A DNA stretch of 25,129 bases from Gemmatimonadota bacterium (GTDB lineage Bacteria > Gemmatimonadota > Gemmatimonadetes > Longimicrobiales > RSA9), in NCBI GenBank assembly GCA_040905425.1, contig JBBDRO010000074.1:1-25129 (forward strand), given 5' to 3'. The notes under the pieces are model-generated. The model was not told the DNA's origin. It saw nothing but the letters and a program-made list of their open reading frames with translations, and searched no databases. Position 1 is the first letter of the stretch. The number at the start of each line of letters is the position of its first letter. Positions 17,165 through 24,531 of the stretch are shown piece after piece. The translations under genes and the position numbers were made by a program.

Positions 17165-18397
17165 CTACCCTGGGCCTCGCGTCAAAGTGTGGAGGTGTAC
17201 GTACTCCACATCATATTCCCCGAGGTGTCTTCCAAGGATGTAGTCCAACCCGATATCCAGCACGCGTTCGAACCGCGGCAATTCGGCGGTCGCGACGAGT
17301 TCCCCGGTGGGCGTGTAGATGCTCCAGGCCGCGGATGAGGCACTGGCATGCGCCGGGTGCTGGACCCAGAGTAATCCGGCGCGGTCGACGTGCATGTCGA
17401 CGAAGTAGGGGTGGTACTCCGGGATGGGAGTCCGCTCTACCTGGTCCTTCAGAGTCGAATGGAATTCTGCCGGGAAAGTTTCGAACAGGAATCCGTTTTC
17501 CATTGCGGCGCGGAATGCACGTTCATCTTCATCCGTCACGGGCAACCGAGGCGTCCTCACCGGAATGCTGGCGAGACGGTTTCCCTCGGGAGCGAACACG
17601 GAGATCTGCGGCTCGGAATTGTCGCCAACGAACACATGATCGGCCCCGGCCGCAAAAATGGTCGAGCTACCGTAGGCGACGGGCTGTGGTGGAAGGACGG
17701 AGTTGTTCCGGTCCCGATACACCTCGCTGCCGAGGAAATCGCCCAGTGTGTCCGTCCGGGCCGACCTGGCGTGCCAGATCATAAGCTGAAATCGCGGGCG
17801 TTCCGTTCCGAGAGGGCTAAGTACGGGTGAACTCGCTCTGCCCGAAAACAGAAAGCGCTCAGCGCCGAACGGTTCCCAGGAGCCGGCAGGCGGGGTAGCC
17901 GAACTGGCACGCGGCCCACGATCCGTCCTCGCCAGGCTGAAATCGGGCAGATGATAATAGTAGAACCCGTCCCTTGTGTTCTGCACCCGCAAGGTGTCGA
18001 CGCTGACCTCGGCGAGCGACGAAATGAGGTCGAATTCGCCCGGACCGCGGCCCTTGCGACCGACGGCCTGTTGGAAGACCCCATCCGCGAGGAATATCCG
18101 CATTTCCAACGGATCGCCGTTGGCCACGACGATGCGCCCATCACTCAGCTTGATGGCATTAAAGACTCTGTTGAACAGGTACGGCGCTGCCCCTTCCAAC
18201 TGGCCAAGCTCGAGGGATGGCGTGGGACTGACTGACCACGGCTCGCCGGGAGGATCCTGCGCTCCGACAGCATGAGGGAGGATGGCGACCAACCCCAAAG
18301 CGATGGTCGAGACAGCCCATTGGCATCGCTGGTGCCAATTGGTCCGATTGGGAACAGCGATGCAGGACTGAGGCGAAGTACTTGTATCCGCTGCCAT
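17165..18397 (-). CDS. Exported six-bladed beta-propeller-like protein
   Basis: 410 aa. Signal ending VGA-QD, G..EG..PYLF, LSDGRIVVAN, GRKGRGPGEF, VDRAGLLWV, W..Y...G, EYDVEYV. Starts 8 nt after the peptide gene stop. Confidence 0.78.
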   Translation of the reverse strand: MAADTSTSPQSCIAVPNRTNWHQRCQWAVSTIALGLVAILPHAVGAQDPPGEPWSVSPTPSLELGQLEGAAPYLFNRVFNAIKLSDGRIVVANGDPLEMRIFLADGVFQQAVGRKGRGPGEFDLISSLAEVSVDTLRVQNTRDGFYYYHLPDFSLARTDRGPRASSATPPAGSWEPFGAERFLFSGRASSPVLSPLGTERPRFQLMIWHARSARTDTLGDFLGSEVYRDRNNSVLPPQPVAYGSSTIFAAGADHVFVGDNSEPQISVFAPEGNRLASIPVRTPRLPVTDEDERAFRAAMENGFLFETFPAEFHSTLKDQVERTPIPEYHPYFVDMHVDRAGLLWVQHPAHASASSAAWSIYTPTGELVATAELPRFERVLDIGLDYILGRHLGEYDVEYVHLHTLTRGPG

Positions 18398-18405
18398 GGA
18401 TGATG

Positions 18406-18981
18406 TTACTGCTGCAAGGCGGCGGCCATCCGCCCTGACAGTGGGATTCCTATATCGAGACCAGTACAGGGCGCGACTGTCAATACATTGCGCATTGCGT
18501 CGACCGAGACCTGGGATGGACGTGCTGCCAATACTTTTTTCAGGGCTTCAGTCCGTCCGTCGACGACGAGGCTCAGGATGTAGGTCAACCCTGGGTCCCA
18601 GCAGCGCATGGTAGGACATTCGCCTGGCTGCCAATTCTGGGTGTCGCAAATGCTCTGAAGTCCAGCCTGCAGGTTTTCGATTTCACAGACGCGGCATTCG
18701 TCTGGAGCTTCGGAGCTATCGCATTCGAAAACACTCGACCAGATGTGCATGTCCGTGCTGTCGTTATAGGTGCAGTACATGCAATTAGGGTCCAGGGCAT
18801 TTGCTTCTGTTGGAGAGGTGGTGGAGGACGCTTGGGTCGACGTCCCATCCGCCACCGAAATTGCTGGAGGGGCTGGGAGTTGGACGGCGCCGTCCTGGGC
18901 ACGAAGGTCGACCGGCGTCGTGAGGAGGACGACGGTGAACAGTGCGAGCCCGAGTGTTCGGAAGGCTACTGAGGTGATCAT
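18406..18981 (-). CDS. Secreted cysteine-rich protein (8-Cys core plus a C-terminal domain)
   Basis: ATG 18981 after an AAGGGAG RBS; 191 aa. Signal peptide ending LRA-QD, Ser/Thr/Pro linker, core CMYC...C...CRVC...C...CPTMRC, then a tail of about 60 aa with one more Cys. Confidence 0.75.
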   Translation of the reverse strand: MITSVAFRTLGLALFTVVLLTTPVDLRAQDGAVQLPAPPAISVADGTSTQASSTTSPTEANALDPNCMYCTYNDSTDMHIWSSVFECDSSEAPDECRVCEIENLQAGLQSICDTQNWQPGECPTMRCWDPGLTYILSLVVDGRTEALKKVLAARPSQVSVDAMRNVLTVAPCTGLDIGIPLSGRMAAALQQ

Positions 18982-19066
18982 GGTGGCTCCCTTGGAGTGG
19001 GCGCTGGGCCGGTAAGGTCCCGTCCCGTATCTGTATCTGATCATACCCTAGCTTCACCGAACCGAA

Positions 19067-19753
19067 CTACTCCAGGTCCTCGTGATCCACCTTCATCCCG
19101 TCCTTGAGCGGCCCGCGACCCTTCCGCAGCGTCTCCCTGACCGTCGCAACCGCGATATCGAGATCCTCAGCGATTTCCGGGGCGGTGGCCTCTTCGAAGT
19201 AGTACTTCCGGGCTACCTCCTCCTGGCGGGGTGCCAGCCCGGAGAGGGCCGCGTCGGCTTTCTCAAGCACCTCGCGAGAAGCTGCCGACTGGTCGGGTTG
19301 CGTCGGAACGAGGAATTTCGGTGGGTGCTCCTGGAGCCGTTCACGGCGCCGGGTCTGGTCGCGCCAGAGGTTGCTGATTCTCCAGCGGACCGCCTTAAGC
19401 AGCACCCTGATCTGATGTTCGCGGGGGATGCCCTGAAGCGGCAGCTTGCCTCGGGCCGCCTTCAGAAATACCCACTGCACCACATCCTCCGGTTGCACGC
19501 ATCGCTCCACCTTCGCGCCGCCCATCATGCGGTTGGCATGCCTGAGCATCCTTGGCTGCGCTTCTGCCACGATTGCAGCAAATTCAGCCTCGGGGAGGCG
19601 GCGGCGACCGCCCTTCGGTCTCGCGGTTGAGCCTCCGGATTCGTGGGGCTTCGAACCCCGCTGCCGGTCCTTGACGGCCCGGCGGCGAGATGGGGTACGT
19701 GACATGCTGGCGCGGTCAACGGGCGTCCGGGCTCGGCTGAGGGCCATGCTCAC
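19067..19753 (-). CDS. ECF-type sigma-70 family sigma factor (copy 1)
   Basis: Region 2 (RMLRHANRM...PEDVVQWVFLKA) and region 4 HTH (LSGLAPRQEEVA...TAPEIAEDLDIAVATVRETL.K.R), with an Arg-rich N-terminal extension. Start is GTG 19753 or ATG 19747. Confidence 0.82.
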   Translation of the reverse strand: MSMALSRARTPVDRASMSRTPSRRRAVKDRQRGSKPHESGGSTARPKGGRRRLPEAEFAAIVAEAQPRMLRHANRMMGGAKVERCVQPEDVVQWVFLKAARGKLPLQGIPREHQIRVLLKAVRWRISNLWRDQTRRRERLQEHPPKFLVPTQPDQSAASREVLEKADAALSGLAPRQEEVARKYYFEEATAPEIAEDLDIAVATVRETLRKGRGPLKDGMKVDHEDLE

Positions 19754-19780
19754 CTCGCGCGTTCAAGGGCGGGTAGACGG

Positions 19781-19865
19781 TTGCCGCGAGCTACGTCACC
19801 AGGGCAGGGGTCGGATCGGGGTTGCTGCTCCTCCCAACGTGTGAAAGCGGCCCGCTGCACGCAAG
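19781..19865 (-). promoter_or_regulatory. Conserved upstream element (copy B) of the ECF sigma gene
   Basis: Minus strand reads TTGCGT-N17-CACGTT then a leader containing GATCCGACCC. Homologous to 2673-2758 and 24305-24389. Confidence 0.55.
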
Positions 19866-20007
19866 CCTCGTTTGCAGAACGCAGTGCCACACCGTTTGAT
19901 CCCCCACCCGCCCCCCGGTACTTTCTCCCCACGACGAACGATGCCCCGCCGCCGGTGAGCCGGCGCGGGGACGTCGCTTACCAGGAAGAGAAGGGGCGGC
20001 GGCAAAG

Positions 20008-20442
20008 GTGAGTGAAGAAGATCAGGTGATACGCATAGCCTCCGGGCAGGGCTTCTGGGGGGACCGGCTGAGCGCGCCTGTGGAGCAGGTGCGGCGCGGG
20101 CGGATCGACTACCTCATGCTGGACTATCTGGCGGAGGTGACCATGTCCATCATGCAGAAGCAGCGGGGGCGCGATCCGTCCCAGGGGTACGCGCGCGACT
20201 TCGTGCCGCTCATGGGGGAGATCCTGCCGGACTGCGTGAGCAAGGGGATCCGCGTGGTGGCCAACGCGGGCGGGGTGAACCCCGAGGGGTGCGGCGCGGC
20301 GGTGCTGGAGGAGGCCCGACGGGTGGGGCTCAAGGGCCGCGCGCGCGTGGGCGTCATCACCGGGGATGACATCCTGGACCGCCTGGAGGAGCTGAGTGAG
20401 CGGGGGCACGCGCTCCGTAACATGGACACGGGGCGGCCTTGA
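20008..20442 (+). pseudogene. Duplicated 5' fragment of an acyclic terpene utilization AtuA (DUF1446) family gene
   Basis: [12 protein letters not shown]...[15 protein letters not shown]. Nearly identical to 24532-24962 but ends at TGA 20440-20442, where the repeat ends, whereas the other copy continues. Confidence 0.85.
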
Positions 20443-20468
20443 TTCAGCTGACCGAACAACCGATCAGA

Positions 20469-21725
20469 TCAGGACTCAGGAGTTCCAGTCACCTCCTCCA
20501 AGGTTCGGAAATTCCGTGGCGCAAGGCGCAGTTCGAAGAACTCGATCGAAAAAGATCCCAGCGAATCTGGCAGCGGGCGATAGCTTGCCGCCCGCCCCGC
20601 TATGAATGATGCGATCGGAGGCACGTCACGCTCGTCTTCTCCTGGTAGATTGTCGAGCCGACCGGACGCGAGGACCATCCCTCGCTGGGGATCAAGGACC
20701 TCATAGCGAATGTCGTAAAGTTCGCTGGCTGCTTCGTCCGGGGCCCGCTCCTGCTCGATGGATCGGCCCTCCGCGTCCTCGACCAGCACCACGATCCAGA
20801 GACGGCCGTGTTCGTCCAGATGTAGGATTCGAACGTCGGGTAGCTGTTGTCCCCCTCGTACCACCTCAGCGTGGATCCAGTCTGCCTCCCGTCGGATCAC
20901 TTTCCCGCTATGGCCGTTGATGCTCCATTGCTCCAGGACCAACTCACCCGTTGACTGGACGGGCAGAGCGGCCCAGAAGGTGGTATCTCCGTCGTAAGCA
21001 CTGGGGCGCGGCGGAAGCATTCCGGTGGTCTCGGCATCTCCGGAATCGACTGATCCAAAGGATTGTACGACATACCCCTCGGGATCGAAGATGTGAAACC
21101 ACTGGTCGGTCGGCGCACCACCCACGCGGCCAGTCGAAAGAAACCGGCCGTCACGCAGGATGTGGAGGTGCCTCGGAATGCCTTGTATTGCAGGGCTCGT
21201 GATGGTCCGGCCATACGAATGATCCGGGCCGAAGACGGTCCACTTCACCCCGTCGCGTACATAGATCGAGTCCGCAGGCCCGACGAAGACCCGAGGCAGA
21301 CCCTTGCCACTGAGTTCTCCGGGGCCGCTCCCCGGCGAACCCAGGCTCTCCAGGAACATGCCATCGGCGCTCCATTCCAGTACCATGCCGGGGCCAGACG
21401 CCAGCGTTGCAGGTGTGTACATCCGGCCGTCGCTTGCTCGAGCGATGCTGTTCCAACTCGGATCGGGACGTTTGCCGGTCGCCGATGGCTTCAACATCTG
21501 CACCTGACGGACTGCGACCACCCGGCAGGGGGCCGGTAGTCCACCACGTATGACAACCGGTCCCGATGCCGCGGTCCTTTCGCCAGCCCGCTCCGGCTCG
21601 CATGCAGGTATTCCGACACCAGTTTCGACGCTTATGATCTCGATTGGCGCTTCGGCTTCTGACACATCACAGCCGACTGCCGCTACACCCAGGCCACAAA
21701 GTGCGGTCACCGTCGCCGAGCGCAT
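20469..21725 (-). CDS. Six-bladed beta-propeller-like lipoprotein
   Basis: Likely ATG 21725 (MRSATVTALCGLGVAAVGC lipobox). GSPGSGPGEL motif, GPADSIYV, LDEHGRLWI, YEVLDP..G.VLASG. Confidence 0.75.
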   Translation of the reverse strand: MRSATVTALCGLGVAAVGCDVSEAEAPIEIISVETGVGIPACEPERAGERTAASGPVVIRGGLPAPCRVVAVRQVQMLKPSATGKRPDPSWNSIARASDGRMYTPATLASGPGMVLEWSADGMFLESLGSPGSGPGELSGKGLPRVFVGPADSIYVRDGVKWTVFGPDHSYGRTITSPAIQGIPRHLHILRDGRFLSTGRVGGAPTDQWFHIFDPEGYVVQSFGSVDSGDAETTGMLPPRPSAYDGDTTFWAALPVQSTGELVLEQWSINGHSGKVIRREADWIHAEVVRGGQQLPDVRILHLDEHGRLWIVVLVEDAEGRSIEQERAPDEAASELYDIRYEVLDPQRGMVLASGRLDNLPGEDERDVPPIASFIAGRAASYRPLPDSLGSFSIEFFELRLAPRNFRTLEEVTGTPES

Positions 21726-21736
21726 GACGATTTGTC

Positions 21737-23002
21737 TCACGGAGCGCTCCAGCCGATGATTCGGAACGCCTCGTATCGCCCGCCGAGCGTATCCGATCGC
21801 TCGGCGACGAGAAGTCCCTCGGAAATTCCGACTGTACGAAAACCAGCAGGGATGGTCAACTCGGCGAGAAGCTGCCCATTCGGGCCAAGTACAATCCACC
21901 TCTCGCCATCTTGATCGTTTCCTGGCAGGTCATACTCCCGGATGAAACTCGTGCCGTCCGGTAGCGCGATCAGCCGGGAGGCCGAGGGGAAGCGGGACGC
22001 CGCGGCCCTGGCCGCGAGGTCCGTAAGGCTGCGCTCCACGCGTTCTGGGTGATCGCTCCCCACACGCACGATGCTCTCAGCATAAGCCTTCCGCCAGGCA
22101 TCGACAGCAGCAGGCGTTACGGAGCGATCCGCTGTCGACCATCGGGATTTCCACTGCGGCTTTCCTTCCAAAGACAACGAAAATACGACAGGTGCCGTAT
22201 CGGGCACCACCAGAAGGCCGTCGGATGTGACATCAACAGCAAAGCCCGGGTGGTATCCAAAAATGGGACGTGAGCCAGACTCTTCGTCCCACTCAACGCC
22301 ATAATGGAGGATCGTATCCGTAGGGTAAGGAGAGCCGATGTGCGACAACGCCGATCCGGGGACCATGACTACGCCACCAACCATTTCCTGCCCAAGTCGT
22401 TGCGTCCGCATCGAAAAGAGCAGTGACGTGTCGGCAAGCACCCCGAGAAACGGCCCAAGCTCGACCGGGGCGTCCCGGAGCCTCTTCGGTGTGTGACCGA
22501 CCGCAATCGTCCAGATATCCCGCCGACTGCCCTCGTCGCTACGCCAGGCTGCCACGATCACAACGGTGGAGTCGACTCCTGAGGCACCGAAGTCCCCGAA
22601 GCCTCGACTCGAGGTGGGCGCAATGATGACTTGCGAGGGTGAAGCAGGCGTACCTAGCGAATCGAGCCACAGCACCTGGATCTGGTTCTCTGCAGCCTGG
22701 AACACGATTCCCGTCACGCGGCCTGGGAGCGCCACAACATCTTCAACGTATGCCTCTCCCGGTAGCGCAATGGGGAAGCCGTCGCCGATTGTCCACTTGG
22801 CCGCGGATGCTCGGGATTGCTGCGAAATCAATGTGACGTGATCGACCGGCGTGGAACTCCGCAACACCTCCTGAGCGGGTCCTCTACCTTCAAGCTCTGC
22901 GGAGCATCCGAGCAGGAGAATGCTCAGGGGGACAATAGTTAGGAGCGTGCGCGGTATTCGATGAGAGCAGCCGGCACCATGTGGATCGGGAGCTACGTTC
23001 AT
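21737..23002 (-). CDS. Divergent beta-propeller-like lipoprotein
   Basis: ATG 23002 (alternative 23038). LLLGC lipobox. The C-terminal half (R.VT....AW...FP....LI..PDG..F.REY......WIVLGPNG.L.A.L..P.GF) resembles the other propellers, but GxGPGE is missing. Confidence 0.65.
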   Translation of the reverse strand: MNVAPDPHGAGCSHRIPRTLLTIVPLSILLLGCSAELEGRGPAQEVLRSSTPVDHVTLISQQSRASAAKWTIGDGFPIALPGEAYVEDVVALPGRVTGIVFQAAENQIQVLWLDSLGTPASPSQVIIAPTSSRGFGDFGASGVDSTVVIVAAWRSDEGSRRDIWTIAVGHTPKRLRDAPVELGPFLGVLADTSLLFSMRTQRLGQEMVGGVVMVPGSALSHIGSPYPTDTILHYGVEWDEESGSRPIFGYHPGFAVDVTSDGLLVVPDTAPVVFSLSLEGKPQWKSRWSTADRSVTPAAVDAWRKAYAESIVRVGSDHPERVERSLTDLAARAAASRFPSASRLIALPDGTSFIREYDLPGNDQDGERWIVLGPNGQLLAELTIPAGFRTVGISEGLLVAERSDTLGGRYEAFRIIGWSAP

Positions 23003-23082
23003 GAATCCGATACGTCGGAAACGACATGGTTCATGCATGATGTTGCCCCGTCATCCACATTCCGGTGTCTACTGAACACTGG

Positions 23083-23116
23083 CGTACGGAACACACCAAC
23101 GTCGGGGCTCCGCACG
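23083..23116 (-). other. Intergenic hairpin after the peptide gene
   Basis: On the minus strand CGTGCGGAGC...GTTCCGTACG forms a 10 bp stem with two G-U pairs. No U tract follows. Confidence 0.4.
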
Positions 23117-23141
23117 TTAGCTTGGGCGTTGCCGTTTCGCG

Positions 23142-23468
23142 CTAGCTCTCGCCGCCACCGGAGCAACCATCGACCGGGTGCTCCATGGAATCGTCCGTGA
23201 AATAGTCGTTGAGCGAGCCGTGATTGGTGCCCTTGCGACCGTTCGCATAGCCCTCGAACTCCCACTCTCCGTCCGGCTCCTGAAGGGTGGGTTGGTCGCC
23301 GCCGTTCCACATGTGATGAGGGTCATCAGGATTCAAGGTATCGATCTCCCACCAGTCCTCGTAGTCGTTGCAGCCGTCCCTCGATGCCGCCGGCTGAGCA
23401 GTGGCCAGCATCAGGATCGCCACTCCCGTAAGCGACACGGTTCCCTTAGCGATTGTCTTTCCGGTCAC
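23142..23468 (-). CDS. Small secreted acidic protein with two terminal Cys
   Basis: GGAGG lies 5 nt before GTG 23468; 108 aa. Hydrophobic signal ending QPAA/S. The mature part RDGC...VDGCSGGGES has 20 Asp/Glu, 4 Trp and 4 His. Confidence 0.72.
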   Translation of the reverse strand: MTGKTIAKGTVSLTGVAILMLATAQPAASRDGCNDYEDWWEIDTLNPDDPHHMWNGGDQPTLQEPDGEWEFEGYANGRKGTNHGSLNDYFTDDSMEHPVDGCSGGGES

Positions 23469-23590
23469 GGTTGCCTCCGCTTGGGTAGAATCAACTGGGC
23501 TTCGCATCCGGCTGCGTAGTCATCCATTGAAGGGCTGACCGTTCACACCAGGCACCTACATCTTCTATACCCTGGCTCTACCGAACCGAA

Positions 23591-24277
23591 CTACTCGAGG
23601 TCCTCATGCACCATGTTCAGCATGTCCTTCAGCTTGATCCGAGCCTTCCGCAGCGTCTCCCTCACCGTCGGAACGGCCAGGTCGAGTGCTGCAGCGACTT
23701 CCGGGGCCGTGGCGTCTTCGAGGAAGGACATCCGGGCCACCTCCTCCTGGCGGGATGCTAGGCTCGAAAGCGCCGCGTCGATCCGCTCCAGCGCCTCCCT
23801 GGATGACGTCTGTTGGACTGGCGTTAGTAGCGCGGCCGGCTTTGGTGGTTGCTGATCCAGCCGTTCCTGGTGGCGGGTCTGGTCGCGCCAGAGGTTGCTG
23901 ATTCTCCAGCGGACCGCCTTAAGCAGCACCCTGATCTGATGTTCGCGGGGGATGCCCTGAAGCGGCAGCTTGCCTCGGGCCGCCTTCAGAAATACCCACT
24001 GCACCACATCCTCCGGTTGCACGCATCGCTCCACCTTCGCGCCGCCCATCATGCGGTTGGCATGCCTGAGCATCCTTGGCTGCGCTTCTGCCACGATTGC
24101 AGCAAATTCAGCCTCGGGGAGGCGGCGGCGACCGCCCTTCGGTCTTGCGGTTGAGCCTCCGGATTCGTGGGGCTTCGAACCCTGCTGCCGGTCCTTGGCG
24201 GCCCGGCGGCGAGATGGAGGACGTGACGTGGTGGCGCGGTCGACCGATGTCCGGGCTCGTCTGGGGGCCATGCTCAC
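23591..24277 (-). CDS. ECF-type sigma-70 family sigma factor (copy 2)
   Basis: 228 aa paralog of 19067-19753. Residues 33-135 are identical, while the linker and region 4 are diverged. Confidence 0.82.
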   Translation of the reverse strand: MSMAPRRARTSVDRATTSRPPSRRRAAKDRQQGSKPHESGGSTARPKGGRRRLPEAEFAAIVAEAQPRMLRHANRMMGGAKVERCVQPEDVVQWVFLKAARGKLPLQGIPREHQIRVLLKAVRWRISNLWRDQTRHQERLDQQPPKPAALLTPVQQTSSREALERIDAALSSLASRQEEVARMSFLEDATAPEVAAALDLAVPTVRETLRKARIKLKDMLNMVHEDLE

Positions 24278-24304
24278 CTCGCGCGTTCAACGGCGGGTAG
24301 ACGG

Positions 24305-24389
24305 TTGCCGCGAGCTGCGTCACCAGGGCAGGGGTCGGATCGAGGTTGCTGCTCCTCCCAACGTGTGAAACCGGCCCGCTGCACGCAAG
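24305..24389 (-). promoter_or_regulatory. Conserved upstream element (copy C) of the ECF sigma gene
   Basis: Nearly identical to 19781-19865, including TTGCGT-N17-CACGTT. Confidence 0.55.
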
Positions 24390-24531
24390 AGTCTTCCGCA
24401 GGTGGGCCACCCACGCAGTTTGATCCCCCACCCGCCCCCCGGTACTTTCTCCCCACGACGAACGATGCCCCGCCGCCGGTGAGCCGGCGCGGGGACGTCG
24501 CTTACCAGGAAGAGAAGGGGCGGCGGCAAAG

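Larger units (their letters stand above)
19043..20438. repeat. Direct repeat copy 1 (~1.4 kb): ECF sigma gene, divergent promoter region and atuA 5' end
   Basis: Colinear with 23567-24962 at a constant offset of 4524. Near-identical and diverged blocks alternate. Confidence 0.95.

Noticed and set aside
8926..18981. CxxC motifs in the small proteins as c-type heme sites
   Set aside because: None is followed by His, so there is no CxxCH motif.
8926..23468. Known RiPP cluster (bufferin/MNIO, radical SAM, lanthipeptide)
   Set aside because: No DUF692, radical SAM, LanB/C/M, YcaO or peptidase-ABC transporter gene is visible in the window.
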